49,150 nucleotides of DNA, taken from contig QIGD01000002.1 of assembly GCA_003229935.1 (NCBI GenBank), forward strand, positions 1 through 49,150, written 5' to 3'. Below, one piece after another: positions 45,170 through 49,150 of the stretch. The DNA is from Methanobacteriota archaeon. Lineage in GTDB: Archaea; Hydrothermarchaeota; Hydrothermarchaeia; Hydrothermarchaeales; BMS3B. Each line of letters begins with the position of its first letter. Positions within the stretch are counted from its first letter, which is position 1. A program made the position numbers and the translations under genes. Under the pieces are notes generated by a model. That model did no database searches. It saw only the letters and a program-made list of their open reading frames with translations, and was not told the origin of the DNA.

Positions 45170-45213
45170 CTCTAGGAAAATAGGACAGAGAGGGTTTATT
45201 AAAAACCTCCTTC

Positions 45214-46812
45214 TCAGGCACCTCCCTTCCCAAGGCTGCTGGCAGCTATTACATCATCTATTCTAAGAATCATAACTGCAACTTCACTTGCGCTGTCTAT
45301 AGCCTGAATTTTGACATTTGTAGGAGTTATGAGTCCAGATTCAATCACATTCTCCAGCCTTTTTGTCATAACATTGTATCCTATATCTCTATTCTCTTCA
45401 TGCTTTGTTCTTAGTTCTACAAGAGTATCTATCGGGTCCAAACCTGCGTTTTCAGCCAGTGCTCTAGGTATAACCTCCAGAGCGTCAGCGAATGCCTCTA
45501 TTGCAAGCTGTTCTCTTCCACCTATACTCTTGGCATATTCTCTTATCCCTCTGGCAGTTTCAACTTCAGATGCGCCTGCTCCTGCAATAACCTTTCTATA
45601 TCTTATGGCAGAAATTACAACACCCAGAGAATCATCTATAACTCTCTCAATCTCATCCACTATATGCTTTGTTCCACCTCTCACGAGTATTGTCACAGCT
45701 TTAGGTTTCTTACACTCTTTCGTGAATACCATTCCGTCATCGCCGATTTTCATTTCTTTAACTATGCCAGCATATCCTAAATCCTTTTCTGATATATCCT
45801 CAAGATTTGTTACTATTGTTGCTCCTGTAGCTCTTGACAGTTTTTCTATATCGCCTTTCTTCACCCTTCTCACAGCAAATATTCCTTCTTTTGCAAGATA
45901 GTGCTGTGCTAAATCATCGATACCCTTCTGGCAGAATAACACAGTAGCACCGCTTTCTTTAATCTGCTCCACCATAGTTTTTATCATTCTCTCCTCTTCA
46001 TTAATGAATGCCTGTAGCTGACTCGGGTCAGTGATATTAATCTTTGCATTCACTTCGGTCTTTTCAATTTCAATTGGAGCATTCAGCAGTGCAATTTTTG
46101 CATTACTTATTTTAGTTGGCATTCCTGGGTGTACTCTCTCCTTGTCTATCACAACACCCTGAATAAGCTCTGTATCTTTTATACTTCCTCCTTCCTTCTT
46201 CTCTATTTTGATGTTGTCCACATCAATTATAACCTTTCCATTATCTTCTTCGGCAATAGTCTCCACTGCCTTCACAATAAGTTCAGATAGGTCATTTTTT
46301 ACTTTTTCTGCTACTTTACCTGTCATAGCCATAACTGCAACATTTTTTAAAGAATCAATATCCTCAATAGAAATTTCATGGGACATATCATCAAGTATTT
46401 TCTTTGCCTTTTCTGCAGCTAGACGATATCCACTTGCTATTATTGTTGGATGCACGTCCTGCTCGAGAAGGTCCTCTGCACATTTCAGAAGCTCTCCAGT
46501 TATAACCACGGCAGTTGTTGTACCATCGCCAGCCTCATCTTCCTGAGTCTTGGCAATATCAACCATCATCTTGCCCACAGGATGTTCAATATCCATCTTT
46601 TTGAGTATTGTAGCACCATCATTTGTTATAACTGCATCTCCTATGCTGTCCACAAGCATCTTGTCCATCCCTTTTGGACCTAGGGTTGTCTTTAGAGCTT
46701 CTGCAATAATTCTGGCAACGAGAATATTTATCCTCCTCGCTTCTCTTCCTGTGGTTCTCTCTGTACCTTCCTTCAGTACGATTGCAGGCTGTCCTCCTGA
46801 TTGTTGAGCCAT
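45214..46812 (-). CDS. ths: Thermosome subunit (group II chaperonin)
   Basis: 532 aa with [29 protein letters not shown] and VAGAGASE motifs. Confidence 0.95.
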   Translation of the reverse strand: MAQQSGGQPAIVLKEGTERTTGREARRINILVARIIAEALKTTLGPKGMDKMLVDSIGDAVITNDGATILKKMDIEHPVGKMMVDIAKTQEDEAGDGTTTAVVITGELLKCAEDLLEQDVHPTIIASGYRLAAEKAKKILDDMSHEISIEDIDSLKNVAVMAMTGKVAEKVKNDLSELIVKAVETIAEEDNGKVIIDVDNIKIEKKEGGSIKDTELIQGVVIDKERVHPGMPTKISNAKIALLNAPIEIEKTEVNAKINITDPSQLQAFINEEERMIKTMVEQIKESGATVLFCQKGIDDLAQHYLAKEGIFAVRRVKKGDIEKLSRATGATIVTNLEDISEKDLGYAGIVKEMKIGDDGMVFTKECKKPKAVTILVRGGTKHIVDEIERVIDDSLGVVISAIRYRKVIAGAGASEVETARGIREYAKSIGGREQLAIEAFADALEVIPRALAENAGLDPIDTLVELRTKHEENRDIGYNVMTKRLENVIESGLITPTNVKIQAIDSASEVAVMILRIDDVIAASSLGKGGA

Positions 46813-46937
46813 ACTTATCTACCTCCTGTATATCATAATACAAATCCTACACTTTAATTTTTCTCTCAATAAATCAAAAAAAATTATAACTGACAGTTGA
46901 AATATCACAGAATGAAAAAGATAGAGTATTTGTTTAG

Positions 46938-48301
46938 TTACCCTACGCAAAGCTCTTTTCTCAGCAGATTTTCCATCTCTTTGTAGACATCTTTTTCCAG
47001 AAGTTGCCATGTGGCCAACAGCGATGCGATGTACTGGTAATGCTCAGCTCCTTTCTCAGACCTGAATGTCCCGATTATCTTCCTCATGATAACATGTTCC
47101 CGCATGGCCTGTTCACCTAGATTATTTGTAGGTTCCATGCCTGAGTAGAGCAGACATGTGTACCAGCACCCAAGCCCATTCTTTATATATGTCATAGGTT
47201 TGTGAAGTCCCTCATACTTAGTGAATCTTTCCACTAACTGGGCCATCTCAATATCCCACTGTTTTTTCATTTGTTTCCTATCTTCCATGGGCGGCTCTTT
47301 ATCCAGGAACTTCCTCATTTTCTTGAATTTGCAGTGGATGACCTTTGAGAGTTCTTCTCTTTCTGGCATGTCCTTATAGTCATCCACTTCCCGAAGGAGA
47401 TGTACCCAGCATCGCTGCAAGACCTGAAAGGTATTGTATGCTGATCAGCCGTCGGTTATGCCAACACCTGCAATTTTTGCTCCCAGGATTTCCTCCAACA
47501 CTTTCCTACTTTTTGATGGCCTGATTACCACCAGAATATCCGTGGGTGTCCTGAATATCCATAGCCACCAGTTTTTGCCGTTGACTCTAATTCCAGTTTC
47601 ATCCACGTATTTCTAGGGTGCATTACGCGTTCAAGGGTTCGGAGATACTCGTTCTGGCAGGCGCTGCCCACCCTTAAAAGCATGTCTTGAATGCCTTTAG
47701 GGCTGATGCCAAAGTCATTAACCTTGCTGGTAAAATTCCCAATCTTACGAAGAACACCTCTGAGCATGAACTTGAGCATGGTGACATAGACCAGAAGACC
47801 TATGCCGAACCTGCCTTTCTGTGGGCAATCCTCATGCTTGGCTGTGAACTAGTGACCACAGTTATTGCATTTGACGACACTCCTATCAAACTGTGTAGCT
47901 TTGATCTGCTGGAGTCGGTATATTAAATCCTCAATTACTACAGGATTAACATCAATCTATTCAAGGTCGCTGCTGCCGCACTTCTCACAGTGGTCTGCGA
48001 ACACACCTACGTATTCGTCAGGATTTTGGATGGGCCTTGTGTCTCCTCTGTGGCCTTTTGGTGCTCCACGTTTCTGGCCATCCTTGCGTTTCGGTTTCTT
48101 CTTGAATCGCTTTGCTGATGAGGGTGTGTGAGGGTTCTCATATTTTGCCAGCTCTTTCTTGAGATATGCAATCTCTTTAGCCTGAGCAGCAATAATTTTA
48201 GCTTGCTTGGCTACCGTTTTATTAAGTTCCTCTACACGGACGTGGATGTCCATGTAGGATGGGTCTGGGGATGAAGGTAATTTGGCCAAACTTGCTGCCA
48301 T
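46938..48301 (-). pseudogene. IS66-family transposase, broken into at least 3 frames
   Basis: N-terminus: leucine-zipper AKQAKIIAAQAKEIAYLKKELAKYENPHTPSS...CEKCGS (47957..48301). Middle piece at 47525..47779. C-terminus: RCWVHLLRE...EPTNNLGEQAMREHVIMRKI.GTFRS..GAE (46938..47420). Confidence 0.8.
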
Positions 48302-48432
48302 GAAAGGTGATACAACCTCATGCCCTTATAAAACATAGCCAAGAGAGCGTGGGAAAAGTGTTAAGAAGGTGAACTAGCTAAACATATACAAAGAATTTAA
48401 AGAAAGAATAAAGAAGCAGGAGGTGAATCAAA

Positions 48433-48612
48433 ATGAGGTGGAATATGTGTGTATATTGTAAGAATTATATTCCTGATATTGGATTTGGATATATGCAAAC
48501 TATCGGATTAAGAGGAAATCAAATTGATAGTAAAATATGTATAGATTGTAAATTAACAGATAATAAAGGAATACCAGAAAAATTTGAAAGGAGGAATAAA
48601 AATGGAATTTGA
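48433..48612 (+). CDS. 59-aa double-CxxC small protein, below the ORF-track cutoff
   Basis: Own translation: MRWNMCVYCKNYIPDIGFGYMQTIGLRGNQIDSKICIDCKLTDNKGIPEKFERRNKNGI. Strong RBS aggaggtga 7 nt upstream. Confidence 0.45.
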   Translation: MRWNMCVYCKNYIPDIGFGYMQTIGLRGNQIDSKICIDCKLTDNKGIPEKFERRNKNGI

Positions 48613-48654
48613 AGTAAGAATAAAGTTGCATAGCACAATCTAGGAAAACAAGGA

Positions 48655-49032
48655 TTGAAACAGGATTCCAATTCTTGCCTCAAGTTTAGTTTCTTTTGTT
48701 GCATTGTCATGGGAGTTATCCCAGTGCTGGATAGCAAGAAGATTAAAGCGGATGATTTGATTAAGGGGACAAATCACCGGTACAGAAAATGTGTGTTCGG
48801 AAAATTCACAGAAAATGTTCTGAATGCACTGGCAAGGCTTAGACCTGCTTGTGAAAGGCTATTTTCAAGAGAGGAAAAGTATTCTCAGGCAAGACTACCA
48901 TCAAGGACACTGAAAAGAGCAAGATTCTGGTTACTAATGGCTGAACTCGTTTCTCTAATGACAGATATGACAGCAGTAAGTTTCAGAAGAATGGGTCTGG
49001 CAAGATGCACTACTGCCTTTAAAAGGCTATGA
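48655..49032 (+). CDS. Hypothetical ORF, no family recognised
   Basis: ORF only, adjacent to the IS remnant. Arg/Leu-rich. Confidence 0.25.
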   Translation: MKQDSNSCLKFSFFCCIVMGVIPVLDSKKIKADDLIKGTNHRYRKCVFGKFTENVLNALARLRPACERLFSREEKYSQARLPSRTLKRARFWLLMAELVSLMTDMTAVSFRRMGLARCTTAFKRL

Positions 49033-49150
49033 AAAGATTACTTTTTTTATAAGAGGGGGATAACCTAGATTTGACAGTTTGCTCCGCTAACTTATTCGAA
49101 AAATGAATTTGACAGAAGCCGGAAATATGTGGTTTTGACCCTAGATTTAT

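Noticed and set aside
45311-46807. Long plus-strand ORFs (45311..45901, 46208..46546, 46550..46807), and similar ORFs opposite other strongly supported genes such as 829..1068, 1507..1881, 23360..23683, 29921..30223 and 34501..34956.
   Set aside because: They lie antisense to genes with unambiguous family motifs and have Ser/Leu/Ile-rich low-complexity translations typical of shadow ORFs in AT-rich DNA.

Overview
AT-rich archaeal chromosomal window. The archaeal call rests on eS31, eS24, Spt4, RpoE', NAC, thermosome, Tfx, the mvk-ipk-idi2 mevalonate genes, ThiDN, MptE, aRNase J and ApgM. No finer taxonomic call can be made from sequence alone. Most genes are housekeeping. Notable metabolic content is a textbook-looking dsrAB pair preceded by a 57-aa ferredoxin, a ModABC/WtpABC-type transporter, acs, thrC and small CbiX. 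Several things are not explained by the ORF track. (1) A family of IS200/IS605-like end hairpins occurs in at least 7 copies or relics. Four carry a 105-bp MITE with 9-bp terminal inverted repeats, sitting in the hairpin loop between CTTTAG duplications. One site is unoccupied, and one copy has the insert in the opposite orientation, directly 3' of a tnpB remnant. (2) A second ~0.4-kb hairpin-bounded repeat occurs in two diverged copies carrying a small ORF with a conserved RBS, plus a solo 44-nt end copy. (3) A decayed IS66-family transposase. (4) A three-gene cassette (wHTH, catalytically degenerate recombinase-domain protein, small serine recombinase) lies beside tRNA-Ser(CGA) and is bracketed by a 16-nt motif. 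(5) The best candidate for an undescribed system: a radical SAM maturase with an N-terminal PqqD-like domain and a complete SPASM signature. It is preceded by its own TATA-like box and two translationally coupled Cys-rich small ORFs (22 aa with CAQCH, 49 aa), and an orphan 593-aa radical SAM protein lies just upstream. The window also holds many disrupted genes: gltX frameshifted exactly at an A AAA AAG heptamer, mrp frameshift, wHTH with in-frame TGA, and hppA, thermosome, ABC-ATPase, tnpB and IS66 remnants. This indicates either indel-prone assembly or real gene decay. No CRISPR array or rRNA was seen, and only one tRNA.
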